A DNA stretch of 63,043 nucleotides, counting the filler, from Hyphochytrium catenoides (Eukaryota > Protista > Hyphochytriomycota), in NCBI GenBank assembly GCA_900088475.1. It is 10 parts of 10 records of this genome, joined end to end, with 100 filler letters (N's around TTAATTAATTAA, not from the genome) between each part and the next. Parts side by side here need not be neighbours in the genome. Positions count along the whole stretch, not along the records: positions 1 to 20,712 come from FLMG01000193.1; positions 20,813 to 25,485 come from FLMG01003000.1; 8 more parts are not named here. One strand, 5' to 3'. Position 1 is the first letter of the stretch. Each line of letters starts with the position of its first letter. The position numbers and the translations under genes were made by a program. The notes below the pieces were generated by a model, which was not told where the DNA came from, did no database searches, and saw only the letters and a program-made list of their open reading frames with translations. Of this stretch, positions 13,689-24,810 are shown in pieces.

Positions 13689-14150
13689 CCTCCGTCAGTT
13701 CTACTGGCAGCAGCTTCAGACATAGAAGAGCTGCTTGTCATCCCCATGGATCTTCTGCTTGTCAGCCTCCGCCAGTACTGGCAGCAGCTGCAGACATAGA
13801 AGAGCTGCTTGTCATCCCCATGGATCTTCTGCTTGTCAGCCTCCGCCAGTACTGGCAGCAGCTACGGATATAGACGCTGCTTGTCATCCCCATGGATCTA
13901 CTGCTTGTCAGCCTCCGTCAGTACTGGCAGCAGCTACGGATATAGAGGCTGCTTGTCATCCCCATGGATCTTCTGCTTGTCAGCCTCCGTCAGTACTGGC
14001 AGCAGCTTCAGACATAGAAGAGCTGCTTGTCATGTCCATGGATCTTCTGCTTGTCACCCTCCGTCAGTACTGGCAGCAGCTGCAGACATAGAGGCTTCGT
14101 ATCATCTCCAGGGATCTTCTGTTTGTCAGCCCTCCGTCAGTACTGGCAGC
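13689..14150. repeat. Minisatellite, ~6.3 copies of a 72-77 bp unit
   Basis: Unit cctccgtcagtactggcagcagct(t/g)cagacatagaagagctgcttgtcatccccatggatcttctgcttgtcag, repeated head to tail with few substitutions. Confidence 0.95.
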
Positions 14151-15781
14151 TTATACAATCTAGGAGCACTTATCGTCGGGTAGAAGTACGTGCAGGGCCA
14201 AGTTCTGTCATCCTCCTAAAATTTACTAGCACCACTATTCTAACCAATTCTCCCGTATCGACAGCCCACGACTCTTCAGAGCACGTTATCATCGTCCTTC
14301 ATTCTCACTGCTGCCAGGCCCAAATGCTCCTCCTTTCTATAGAGTTCGATAGTGAAATACTTACCTTCCCCATCTGTAGACGGGCGATGATGATCCCACG
14401 CCGAGCTTCCAGCACGGAGATGAGTCTTCTGTTCATTAGCCGCGAGCCATACTGTTGGCTGAACGGACTCTATACCAGCAGCTTCAGGTCACCGCTGGCC
14501 TTCACCCTCTTCCTAGTGAATGGGCTGGTCGTGATACGGCAGAGACCCATCAAGCTCGCTAAGCTACTGGGCAAGATGTCCATCAGCCACCAGCACTAAG
14601 TCACCGGCTCCTTGACAGCCTTACCACCACTGCTTAGTTCGTCCTCAATCTAAATGCTCTTTGATCTTCCTCCAGCTACCATTACGATCGAGGTAGTTGA
14701 GACGTCTGAATGCTGCTGCTCTTTAAAAGAGCTGAGCCCAATCCCCATTGACATCCTTGCTACCTCCCGCTGCAGCTGGGGTTGTTTTAGACAGGAGCTC
14801 CTCTATTGCAAGACCTGCAGGACGGTGGCCTGAGCTCCCTTCTCGCGATGGGTAGACGCCACGCTTCTTTAGCCTTCACGGTGTCTTTCAAAAGAGATGA
14901 TTAGCACTGCCTCGCGTACTCAATAATTGGGGACAGGCTCGCCCTTAAATGCATGATAGCAGTGCCGCCGACTTACTCTCTCAACTAAGGAAGAATGCCG
15001 ATGCCTTCCTTTCTGAAGTAGCAAGCCCATCAAAAGGGCTGCTGTGGCACTGTGAATGCCAAAGGGATTGACGATGATGGAGGAAGAGAGTGCCAGCAAC
15101 AGACAAGCGGCAGACAATGGTGGCGAGCCTGGGCCGTTGACTGCCGCTTGTCTTCTCTTCCGCGACGCAGCTCATTGGAGTCCTCTTTTTCTTCCTCTTC
15201 TAACATCGTCAAAGACAATTGGTTCAGAAAGACTTGTTCTCTTTATGATTGGCGGTTATGAAGATTTGAAGCTTCATTTCTACTCTTCTGACGCGAAGAC
15301 TAAAAACGATGAGTGAGAGAGAAAAGAGACTGACTTAACGGGAAGGAAGAGGGGAGATGAGAAAAGGGCGTGCGTGGGAAGGAGAGAAAGATATTCAGTA
15401 GAGCAACAAACAAGTCGAGAAGGAAGCGCTGCTGTGGTTGGAGAGAAAGAAAGTGAGAGAGATGGGTAGAGAGATAGATAGAGAGAGAGAGAGTGAGAGA
15501 GATGGGTACAGAGATAGATAGATAGAGAGAGTGAGAAATGGGTAGGGAGATAGAGAACCGACAAGAAAAGGAGTGCTGATCTTCTTCAAACAGTAGAGGC
15601 AATGCTGCGGACCCTACATCGCTCCCATTAGCAGTTAAAAGACTGATAAATAAATCATCAACACCCCTCTCTTTCTCTCTTTTCTCCCTTTTCCCTTCTC
15701 TCCTTCTGTCCACAGAGAGAGAGCTCTCCTCTTCCTTCGCCCTGCGAACAGCCACCATCGCTGCTGGTGTGTCTCCTCTCT

Positions 15782-18700
15782 CTAAGGCAAGAAGAAGTCC
15801 TTGGCTTCTACCTTTCTCTCTACTAGTGCCTTCCATTCTTCATGGTTCCTCTGTATAATTCTCAGCGTCTCCGTCCGTCCGACAGGCTCCTCCTGCGCGA
15901 GTACATTCTCAGGCTTCCCGTCTGAGGTCTTATACTTCTTCAGCCAGGCTATAACCTTAGGGATAACCTCTGGACGCTTCCGCTGGAAGTCCTGAATATC
16001 TCTAAGTTCAGAGAAGAGCGGATCCCTCTGACTGATCACTAGGACCTTGGTGTCCACCTCGCCCTGGTCAATGAGAGAGAGAGAGCCCAGCACGCGGACA
16101 GGAACCACCGTTCCCATGGGAAGAGAGGCACTTCCAAGCTCTATCACGTCCAGAGGATCGTTGTCTCCTCCCCGTCCTTCACTATCCTTGACGTTAGGAT
16201 CCTCCCAGGTCTGAGGGAAGGCTCCATAGTTGAAGAATGGCACGCCGTAGGTGTAGAAGCGAGGTTTGCCCTTGCTGATATCCTGTTTGATGGGGTTGTG
16301 CGCCGTCTCTTTGTTGATCTCCATCTTTGCCATGGTTCCCTTAGAGATCTCAACAATGAAGTTGAAGAGATCTGGAGAATCTGCAGCGTGCAGAGAGATG
16401 TTATGCCACGGAGAGAGCCTCGTGCCAGCCTTGTCCACGAAATAGAGAGAATAGTCGGCCTGACCAAAGACGCCTTCTTCCTTGAATTTCCCTTCTTTGG
16501 CCAGCGTTGGCTCTGGAACTTCTCTGGACCAGGGGATCCAGACGCGCGCTGGGTTGTTAACATTCTGATAGTAGTCTGTCACGACTTTCCAGCCTCTCTC
16601 GGACATAAAGCCATCGGGGACACAGCTTGGATCGTCCTTCCATGTTGGCGGGATGGCGCCATTGCAAGGCTTTGCGCCATTCTTTGCCATCTTCCTCATC
16701 TTTGAGCCCGAGATAGAGAGGAAATCATTGGGTCTGCTGCTGTCTTTCGGCTTCATTTGCTGGTCCTTGACGTCATAATAGACATTGCCAAAGCTCATAA
16801 TGCCAAGGTTCCCTAGCCCTGGAGACATCTGCAGCACGTATCTGCCGTGTTCCCCAGCATAGAAATCTTCAGAGTTATCGCTGCGCTTGATGCCTGCTGG
16901 GTCTCTTCCGACCACGAAGAAAGAAGCACCAGCGTTTCTCCTGGACTTGGCGTGCCACTGGACCTCTGTCGGCCCTGCATAGATCATAGGCGATGGCCAG
17001 ATGGCCAGCACCGTTGAAGAGGCGTTCAGCATTCCTTCCTTGATGATCTCTTCATGCTGCTTCACCCGTACATCGAGTGGTACATCGTCATCTTTGGTCC
17101 ATCCTCCCAAAGGCGAAAGCCATAGCACGGGGTTCTGATAGCCCTTGGCCTGCAGCTGCTTGATGGCTGTCTTCATAAGGTAAGCGTGCCCTGCGTGAGT
17201 GGGGTTACGGGTTTGAAAGGCCACCACGGCGTCCGCGTGAAGGCTAATGAACCGTTCTCGGAGCTCTGTTGGGGTCAGACGGAAGGCGTCAAGCCCGTCA
17301 TTATACCTTACGCGGCCCACGAGCTCAATCTCTCCTCCCAGTAGCCAGTCTCCGGCCTGGTTGACTATCTTAATGTATGGATGTCCAGGGTCATGGCCTC
17401 CAAAAGCTCTCGCAATAATCTCTTCTTTTCTATGGGCATAGACCTCTGGATCGCGGAGGATGGCGATGGTACGGCCTGAAGGTGATACCAAGGCCACGGC
17501 TCCCGCGCCGGCTGCCAGCTCCTTCTGCATGTCGTTGATAGCAAGGACGATCGGGATAGGGCTGCTCACTCTCTCTCCTCTCTGGATGGCCGTGTTATAG
17601 TTGTCAAAGTCCGTCTTCTCGGTGTGAAGCTGCTGGTTCCCTGTGAGATTGTATGGATCAACCAGGATTGAGTTGAAGTGCAGCGTCTGCAGAAGCGTTC
17701 CTTCTCTCATGAAGCCACGCAGCGGCGCTGCCCAGCCTTCTCCTAGGACCTGCGCCCACTGGACATCGATGTCCGTGATGAGAATCTTTGGAAGAGTCTC
17801 TGCCTCTCTTCGGAGCTTCTCTTCTCTCTCTCTGCTCTCTTTCCCGGTAAAGTATGAAAAGGAAGAAGCACCAACAGGAGAAGAGGAAGCCGAAGAAGAA
17901 TCCTTCTCTCTCTCAGCCATCAGTCCATCAGCAGGAGAGAGAGCAGGGTAGCCCTCAGGCGTCCCTCCTGGAAGAAGAACGCCTCTCTTGACCAGCTCAT
18001 GGCGCAGCGCGCGGACCATCTGAGGGATCTTTCCCTTATCATCAGGAACAAGGCGCACTTCAGGCTTCAAAGGCGCTTCATACGGAGAATCTACGCCTGT
18101 GAAGCCCTTGATCTTGCCCTCTTTCACCTTCTTATACAGGCCTTTCGGGTCTCTGTCCATGACAACGGAGAGAGGAACGTCCATGAAGACTTCTATGAAA
18201 GGAACGCCCATTCTCTCATGCAGCGCACGGACCAGATCTCTGTCTTTCCTATACGGAGAGACGAGAGAGACAATCGTGATGGTTCCGCTGTTAGACATCA
18301 GCGCAGAGACCTCTCCCACGCGCCGCACGCTCTCCGCTCTGTCCGACGCAGAGAAGCCCAGATCCCGGTTCAGTCCAGTTCTGATGTTATCGCCGTCCAA
18401 GCGGTAGACATGAACGTGATCATGCGTGACAAGAAGCTCTTCTAATGCCTTCCCCAGCGTGCTCTTTCCACTGCCAGAGAGGCCCGTCATCCACAAGGTC
18501 GCGCCTTTTTGAGAGAGAGAGGCATAGCGCGTGTTTCTCCCTAGCGCAGACTCGTCCCAGATGATGTTTGGCCGCGTCTTCGCCAGGTTCTGCTCTCGGA
18601 CTTGTGCATAGATTTCTTGGTACCGATCCTCCGTGAGCGCGCGGTTGTTCGTGTAGATGGAGAGAGAGAGAAGAAGCGCTGAAGCAGAGAGAAGGAGAGA

Positions 18701-18820
18701 CGAGAGAAGCGCCCAGCGGTGGTTGAGAGCGCGAGAGAAGAAGCTCTCGGCGCCTGGCGGCTTCCTGAAGGCTTGCTTCATGTCTGTGCCTTCTCCCTGA
18801 GGGACTGAGGCGTACTCCAT
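15782..18820 (-). CDS. PAPSS: Trifunctional PAPS synthase (APS kinase + ATP sulfurylase + family I inorganic pyrophosphatase) with an N-terminal hydrophobic anchor; single exon, 1012 aa
   Basis: APS kinase: GLSGSGKST, LDGDNIR, DPKGLYK. ATP sulfurylase: FQTRNPTHAGH, VGRDPAG. PPase: NYGAFPQTWEDP, GDNDPLDVIE, LIDQGEVDTKVL. Hydrophobic stretch at aa 36-56. Confidence 0.96.
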   Translation of the reverse strand: MEYASVPQGEGTDMKQAFRKPPGAESFFSRALNHRWALLSSLLLSASALLLSLSIYTNNRALTEDRYQEIYAQVREQNLAKTRPNIIWDESALGRNTRYASLSQKGATLWMTGLSGSGKSTLGKALEELLVTHDHVHVYRLDGDNIRTGLNRDLGFSASDRAESVRRVGEVSALMSNSGTITIVSLVSPYRKDRDLVRALHERMGVPFIEVFMDVPLSVVMDRDPKGLYKKVKEGKIKGFTGVDSPYEAPLKPEVRLVPDDKGKIPQMVRALRHELVKRGVLLPGGTPEGYPALSPADGLMAEREKDSSSASSSPVGASSFSYFTGKESREREEKLRREAETLPKILITDIDVQWAQVLGEGWAAPLRGFMREGTLLQTLHFNSILVDPYNLTGNQQLHTEKTDFDNYNTAIQRGERVSSPIPIVLAINDMQKELAAGAGAVALVSPSGRTIAILRDPEVYAHRKEEIIARAFGGHDPGHPYIKIVNQAGDWLLGGEIELVGRVRYNDGLDAFRLTPTELRERFISLHADAVVAFQTRNPTHAGHAYLMKTAIKQLQAKGYQNPVLWLSPLGGWTKDDDVPLDVRVKQHEEIIKEGMLNASSTVLAIWPSPMIYAGPTEVQWHAKSRRNAGASFFVVGRDPAGIKRSDNSEDFYAGEHGRYVLQMSPGLGNLGIMSFGNVYYDVKDQQMKPKDSSRPNDFLSISGSKMRKMAKNGAKPCNGAIPPTWKDDPSCVPDGFMSERGWKVVTDYYQNVNNPARVWIPWSREVPEPTLAKEGKFKEEGVFGQADYSLYFVDKAGTRLSPWHNISLHAADSPDLFNFIVEISKGTMAKMEINKETAHNPIKQDISKGKPRFYTYGVPFFNYGAFPQTWEDPNVKDSEGRGGDNDPLDVIELGSASLPMGTVVPVRVLGSLSLIDQGEVDTKVLVISQRDPLFSELRDIQDFQRKRPEVIPKVIAWLKKYKTSDGKPENVLAQEEPVGRTETLRIIQRNHEEWKALVERKVEAKDFFLP

Positions 18821-18851
18821 AATTAGAAGAGGAGAAAGATTATTTCCTTGG

Positions 18852-18899
<48 letters not shown>

Positions 18900-20436
18900 T
18901 CGTTTAGCTACAAAGGGGAAAAGTTCTATCTCTGTCTCTTCAGTTTGTTAGAGGAGCTTTGAAAGTCGAGCGGAGATGCGGGGAAGAGAGAGAGAGAGAC
19001 GCAGATGTGGAAAGAAGAGTGCTGAAGAGACAGGAAAGTGAAGCTCTGACAGCCGATGATGAGGCGGGAGAATGATGGAAAAAGCCATCACACATCATGG
19101 CATTAGCGAGGGTTTCTCCCTTATGTCTCTTTCTCTCCTTCCCTCTCTCTCTTTCTCTCTCTCTCTCCCCCTCTCTCTCTTTCTCTCTCTCTCGCCCTCA
19201 TTACATCTCTGTGCTGTAAGTCTTCGACACGTTCTCTACCTTTCACTCGCTAAACCATTCCACTCCCTCCATTCTTATTTCTTCTCACTGTACCACTCCG
19301 CTCTCTTTCTCACCGCTCTCTTCAATCTCCATCTCTTTCTCTTCTTCTCTCTTTCTCTTTCCCATTCTCTTCTTTTCTCTTTCTCTCTTTCTCTCTTTCT
19401 CTCTTTCTCTCTTTCTCTCATTCTCTCCTTCTCTCTTTCTCTCTCTCTCTTTCTCTCCTTCTCTCCTCTCTTCCTCTATTTCTCTCTTACTCTCTTTCTC
19501 GCTCATTGTCCCTCCTCCCTCCCTCTCTCACTTTGCTCTTCCTCTCTCTCTCTGCTCTTCCTCTCTCTCTCTCTCTCTCTCTCTCTCATTCTCTCTCACT
19601 CTCTCTTCTTTTTTCTCTCTTTTTCTCTCTCTCTCTCTCTCTGTCTCCTCTCCCCGCACACTGATGTATGTAAGCAGCCAGAGCCGCAAACGGCCTGACG
19701 GTTTTATCAGACGCAAGATGCAAGACAGAGTACATAATAATAGTTTCTCTCTGGAGGTAAATCGTGTTATGTAAGATCCTATGTCCAGTTTCTTAGTAAT
19801 ATCTCAGGTGGTCTTCAACTTTCTTCTTGGGCTTATTTTCCTTCATTTTCTATGGCCCTCATCTGCCTTCCATCACACTCTTTAGGAAATTGTCCATCCC
19901 TCCAATATTATCTATGGGCTTTCGAGACCTAAGTGACGCCTAACATTTTCTATGGAACATCTAGGTCAGCTTCCAACCCTCCCTAAATCAAGTGAAAACA
20001 TTAAAATGAAACATTGCAACATTTTCTAAGGTGATACTAGGGTTTATTAAGGGTTAAGTAAGTAAATAAGAAAGATAAAGGAGAAGGAAATAAATGTTGG
20101 AATGAGGGACGCTGAGTCGGCCTCCCGATTGGTTGATGGTTAGCCAATCACAGTGGGAAAAAACCAGCACGTGGTTCTCTAGGCTAACTATTCGTGATAG
20201 ATCTCTCCCAGCTATTTTCGTATTTATATTTGCCATATGTATAACCCAGTGTTTTTATTATAATTGTGGTAGCCTTTACGCCCCATACAGTATGTTTCTG
20301 GATATGCTATGCTGCCACCTATAATATTCGCTTTCAAACAAGGGATTCATCGATAGTGATTCGGAGGCTTTTGTCTGTGACCTTTCGAGTGGGGAAAGGA
20401 AGCAGTTGGAAGATATGTGTATCTGTGAGGGAGAGG

Positions 20437-20502
<66 letters not shown>

Positions 20503-20712
20503 AAGAGAGAGAAAGAGAGAGAAAGAGAGAGAAAGAGAGAGAAAGAGAGAAAGAGAAAAAAGAATAAAGAGAGAGAGAGAAGGATAGAGAAAGGAACAAA
20601 GAGAGAGAGAGAGTCAGTTCTCGGGCGAATGATCCTGAAGGCTGTCTTAACCCTCCAAGGACGAAAGTTGCGAGGAGCGAAGGTTTGCACGCAATCTTGC
20701 GCGAATGTTGAT

Positions 20713-20812
20713 NNNNNNNNNNNNNNNNNNNNNNNNNNNNNNNNNNNNNNNNNNNNTTAATTAATTAANNNNNNNNNNNNNNNNNNNNNNNNNNNNNNNN
20801 NNNNNNNNNNNN
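20713..20812. other. Artificial contig-joining linker (N44-TTAATTAATTAA-N44); also at 25486, 28808, 42189, 50336, 54242, 56366, 58469 and 61776
   Basis: The same 100-bp spacer with a six-frame stop cassette occurs nine times. Confidence 0.97.
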
Positions 20813-23124
20813 CTATCAAACGTCTCTGCCATCATGGCAATGAGGACATTCATCATGACCACGGAGTTCAGGATGATGTACGTAAAGTACAAGAATTTCC
20901 CGAACAAGGGGAGAGGTAGCTGGTAGATAGAGAGAAAAGACTAGTTAGCATCTGCCCAGGCCATTCATGATTGGCAACTGATGAGCTCAAAGAAAAGAAC
21001 GAGATGGAGACGATTGACATCACTTCGAAAACCTCTGATCGGTATTTACCTGCTCAAAGTCCTGCATCTCTACAAAGGCTCCCACATTGGTTAGTGCCAA
21101 GTTTTTCATGCTTGCAAAGAAAGTCGAGAAGGAGACAACAGTATTCTCTGTCCCGCTAAAAGTCAAGAGAAAGGCTGTGGAGAAGGCAAGGATGGATACG
21201 CCATAAAGAATGGCGAACCTCACCAAATCCACCGTGACAATCTTCACTATAATGGCCACGAAGTGCCCTGTGCTGTGCATTGCAGAAGCGAAGTAAAGCA
21301 TGTAAAACCATCCGCACACGATCGAAATGCTCAAGAGAGGGAGGCTGTTAAAAGGCTCAGAGAACGTGACGCGGAGAGTGAACGTGAGAAGCGCCAGGAC
21401 TTGAATGATTTCTAAGGAGCTGAAAAGTCCCATTGTCTGTTGAGGAAATGCAATGAACCCGGCGGTTAGAGTGAGGCCCACTAGCCATGCAACTATTGCA
21501 GGTCTTCAGCAACAATCACCTTACCCTGAAGCGATTCATAACCCTGTACATCACGAGGACCGTGAAAGGCAGCTTCTTCTTGGGAGGATGAGCAGTTCGA
21601 TGGAACAGGTAGCCGATAAGCCTCTTTATCTTGATGAGATGCTTAGAAGCGCTAACGATGGAGCACAGCCACAGTAGAGCCAGACCTGGCTGCTGGCAGA
21701 TCGCACCGCCTGCAGTCTTGCTGTAGGAGCAGAACTGAGCTACGGAGGTGAGAGCAATGACGTGAACCAGGTGGAGGGCCAGCAGGATGTGAAACAGTCG
21801 CTCAACGCCACGATGCCACTTCTGTTTGAACGCTCTCATAATGAGAGGAGATTTTGCAATCACTTCGTCGCGTCCGTTCTGCACGATAACCTCTAAGAAA
21901 TGGTTGATCACCTGGAGAGGGAATACAGAGCCTCTTGCGTTGACAAACGTCCAGAGCTCCTATGAGGAAATGAGGAGCAGATGGAATCAGGCAGACATGA
22001 GCTAATTTTTGTCGATGTAGTCTAGACCCAAAAAGGATAAACAATCGTCACGGCCAATCACAAAGTCTCTCCAATCACTTGGGCTCACCTTTCTTTCACT
22101 CTCCAGCATGCCCAGAAGCATTTCCTTGCTGCCAATATTAGGTCTTGCAGCGAGGTCTAAAGGCGTCAAACCATCGTCATTCCTCATACTACGAAGCCTT
22201 TGGACCATCCTGGCGGCGCCCGGTAATGCTCTTGCCTGCTTCTCGAGACTCTTGGACTCCATGTCGACCAAAAATTTGTACATGTCCACGTCGTTATGAA
22301 GCACTGACAGATGCAGGACATTGTTTCCCCATTGATCCGCAGCCCAAAGATCGGCTTTGTGTTCTACAAGCAGCCTGACCACCGTCGGCTAAATGATCCG
22401 CAGTATGTTAGTTCAGCATGACTGGTCCTAAAGATGCAAGGATTGAACTTACTTGAGATGTGACTACCGCGAAATGCATTGCTGTCTGTCCCAGGTAGCA
22501 GAGCCCTGTCCTTCTGAAGAATACGCCCTTAACCGGAATGTCGGTTCGCGCCCCTGCTTCCAATAGTAGCTTGATGACCTCTTCTCTCTTGCCAGCGATA
22601 GCCATGTGAAGTGCTGTCTCCCCCGTATACGGCTCTTTACGATACTCTGCGTCAATAAGCTGCTGGCCCCCGAGAGCCACAAGCGCTTTGATGACCTCAA
22701 GGTCTCGGCCGTATAAGACCGCTAGATGGAGAGCAGTCTCTCCATAAACGCCTCGATTGCTCAGGACATTTTCAGATGTGACGATGCTTGGAATCTCAAT
22801 GGCCGATTTCCGAATAGCTGCGCTCAGCACAGGATCGGTGTTGATGACCTCCTGTTGCTCAGACAAGCCGACATTGTCCCACTCATCTTCTACCGTCGAC
22901 TGCGCGTACAACGAGAGTCGAAGAACAAAATCCATCCTGCTCCTCTTTATCCTCTCCTTTGGTATCTCCTCAGCACTGAAGTTCGGGTTGTTGACGACGG
23001 AAGAGTAAGCAAGAGACTATTTCCACAGACTATTATCTGCGTTGCTTGCCCTATGGCCCATAGTAGAAAGAGGAACCACACCTTTCCTTAAAGCGAGAGT
23101 TTGAACATCGAAGTGACGCGCCAT
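20813..23124 (-). CDS. TRPV-like ankyrin-repeat cation channel, ~6 exons, 3'-truncated at the contig end
   Basis: Ankyrin repeats YGETALHLAV, YTGETALHMAI, GVFF..CYLGQTAMHFA, DQWGNNVLHL, NDDGLTPLDLAA; pre-S1 segment ...KQKW; S4-S5 GWFYMLYFA..TGHFVAIIVKIVTVDLVRF; S6 IILNSVVMMNVLIAMMAETFD. The start codon is tentative. Confidence 0.88.
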
Positions 23125-24810
23125 GATGACCGTTGCCGAGACATATACAGAGAAGAGAGTGACATTTGAAGTGCGCCCCTAAGAGGATCTTGATGATGGC
23201 AAGTTATGACTGTGGGCAATCTGAAGAGCTTCTCTGATCCGAAAGCACTAGGGTCGGGACACTGTGTGTGGCCTCGGCTTATTTAGAAGTAGGGGCCTCT
23301 CGCTAATGAGGAGGAGTCCACCTACGAGCTCTTCTCTCTTCTCTCTCTTCTGGAATCGCTGCTAGTCGGCAGATAGTTCAGTGTTCCCATATAACAGCAG
23401 TTAGTGAGGTTGCGGGGAAGGACAAATGTTCTGTTTGCAGAGAAGACAGCAGCCTAGCAGTTGTAGCAGTTAGTAGAGAGGGAGAAGATTGTTTGGCAGA
23501 AGTGCGGGGGCGAGCTGTCCTCACTCTGCATCGTGATGCCAATCCCTGCCAGCGAGCGGGAGGTGAGCTGGGAAGGGCAAGATTAGCAAGGGAAACAACA
23601 GCTTAACTTGTTGTTTGAGGCTGTAGTTTGCCCTTGCCACACCTATGAACGCTACTCGAGCCTTCCTGCCATCTCCCACTCCTTCTCATCTCACCGGCGC
23701 AGTGTTCATTCCTGGCTGGCCCTGCCTTCCTATCTGCCTGTCCCCATCCATACAGCAGCTACTCTGGCTCCATCCTGAGTTTTCTCCGCTTGACCTGGAC
23801 CTATCTCTCATAAGACTAACTACCAGGTAAAAAGGTACCAGGGACACGCTTATATCAATCAGTGACCAGCTGACCAGGAAGGCAAAGATGTGTGCAGTAC
23901 TATCTTGAGCAGTTATCATCAAGGCTTAGAAACTATGCTGTAACGGACAAGATGGAGCTTTGAGTTTGTGAGCCCATAGACAGTAATAAGGAACCGTCTG
24001 CCTCACATCTTTCGAGAAAGCAACGATGTTCAGGTGTCGTTGGGCTCTGATCATAAACGGACGATTGAGGCGAAACTAAGGAATGAGAGTCACCCGTCCA
24101 CTTAGAACTCTCTTCCGGCGAAGGCGGTTAACTGTAGATGATGTGATCAATCGGACAGGCGCTGACCTTCCCCTATGGGAAGCGGACCAGGCAAGCAGAA
24201 GAAGAATCACTGCAGCCTCTCGGAAGGATCGACAGGGAGACATTGACCACATGCCGGGATCATGGTACCGTATCCTGCTGGTCCTACAATCATCACCATT
24301 GGGGATAGACGGCCAGCAGCTGCTCGGATCAAAGTCTCTCTGGAAGTGATGAGCTCATAGAAAAGATACTTCGCAAAGGCGTTAACCGGGTCCACTTTGA
24401 GCTTTTGGGCAGAGTGGCCCGAGATCGACACTATGATCCTACTAGCGATGGCAATAGTCACTGTCCGTTACTATGTCAGGGAACCTTGCGCCCGCCCTGC
24501 ATATTTACCGCTGACCAAAACAATCTGAAGCGGGTTTGGTCCCCCGATATCGCCAATAGTGTGTCCTTTGGCGCCATAACTCACATCAACTCTACTACTC
24601 AGGGACTAGACAAAGCACAAGCTGGATATGGCAGAAGTGTGCACTCTAAGCAAGGCTGGCTGACGATAATGTGGACCACTAGGTCTTGCTTTACTAGCTG
24701 ATCGTATTGCATTTAGCAACAACCGAGCATGAAGACTATGAGGCCAAAAAGATAAATTATGAGATAATAAACATAGAAAAGCGAACAGTCACAGAAGTAC
24801 GACTTCCACC

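Noticed and set aside
13689-14150. CRISPR-like array
   Set aside because: Whole units repeat with no unique spacers, there are no cas genes, and the context is eukaryotic.
20629-20712. First exon of a gene (MILKAVLTLQGRKLRGAK) at the contig end
   Set aside because: Too short and truncated to support.
20757-20768. TTAATTAATTAA as a biological motif (PacI-like site or piggyBac TTAA target)
   Set aside because: It is always centred in a 100-bp N spacer, so it is an assembly linker.
23950-24700. Helicase remnant (AGYGRSVHSKQG resembling a RecD/Pif1 motif)
   Set aside because: It is a single weak motif in broken frames, with no Walker A or other support.
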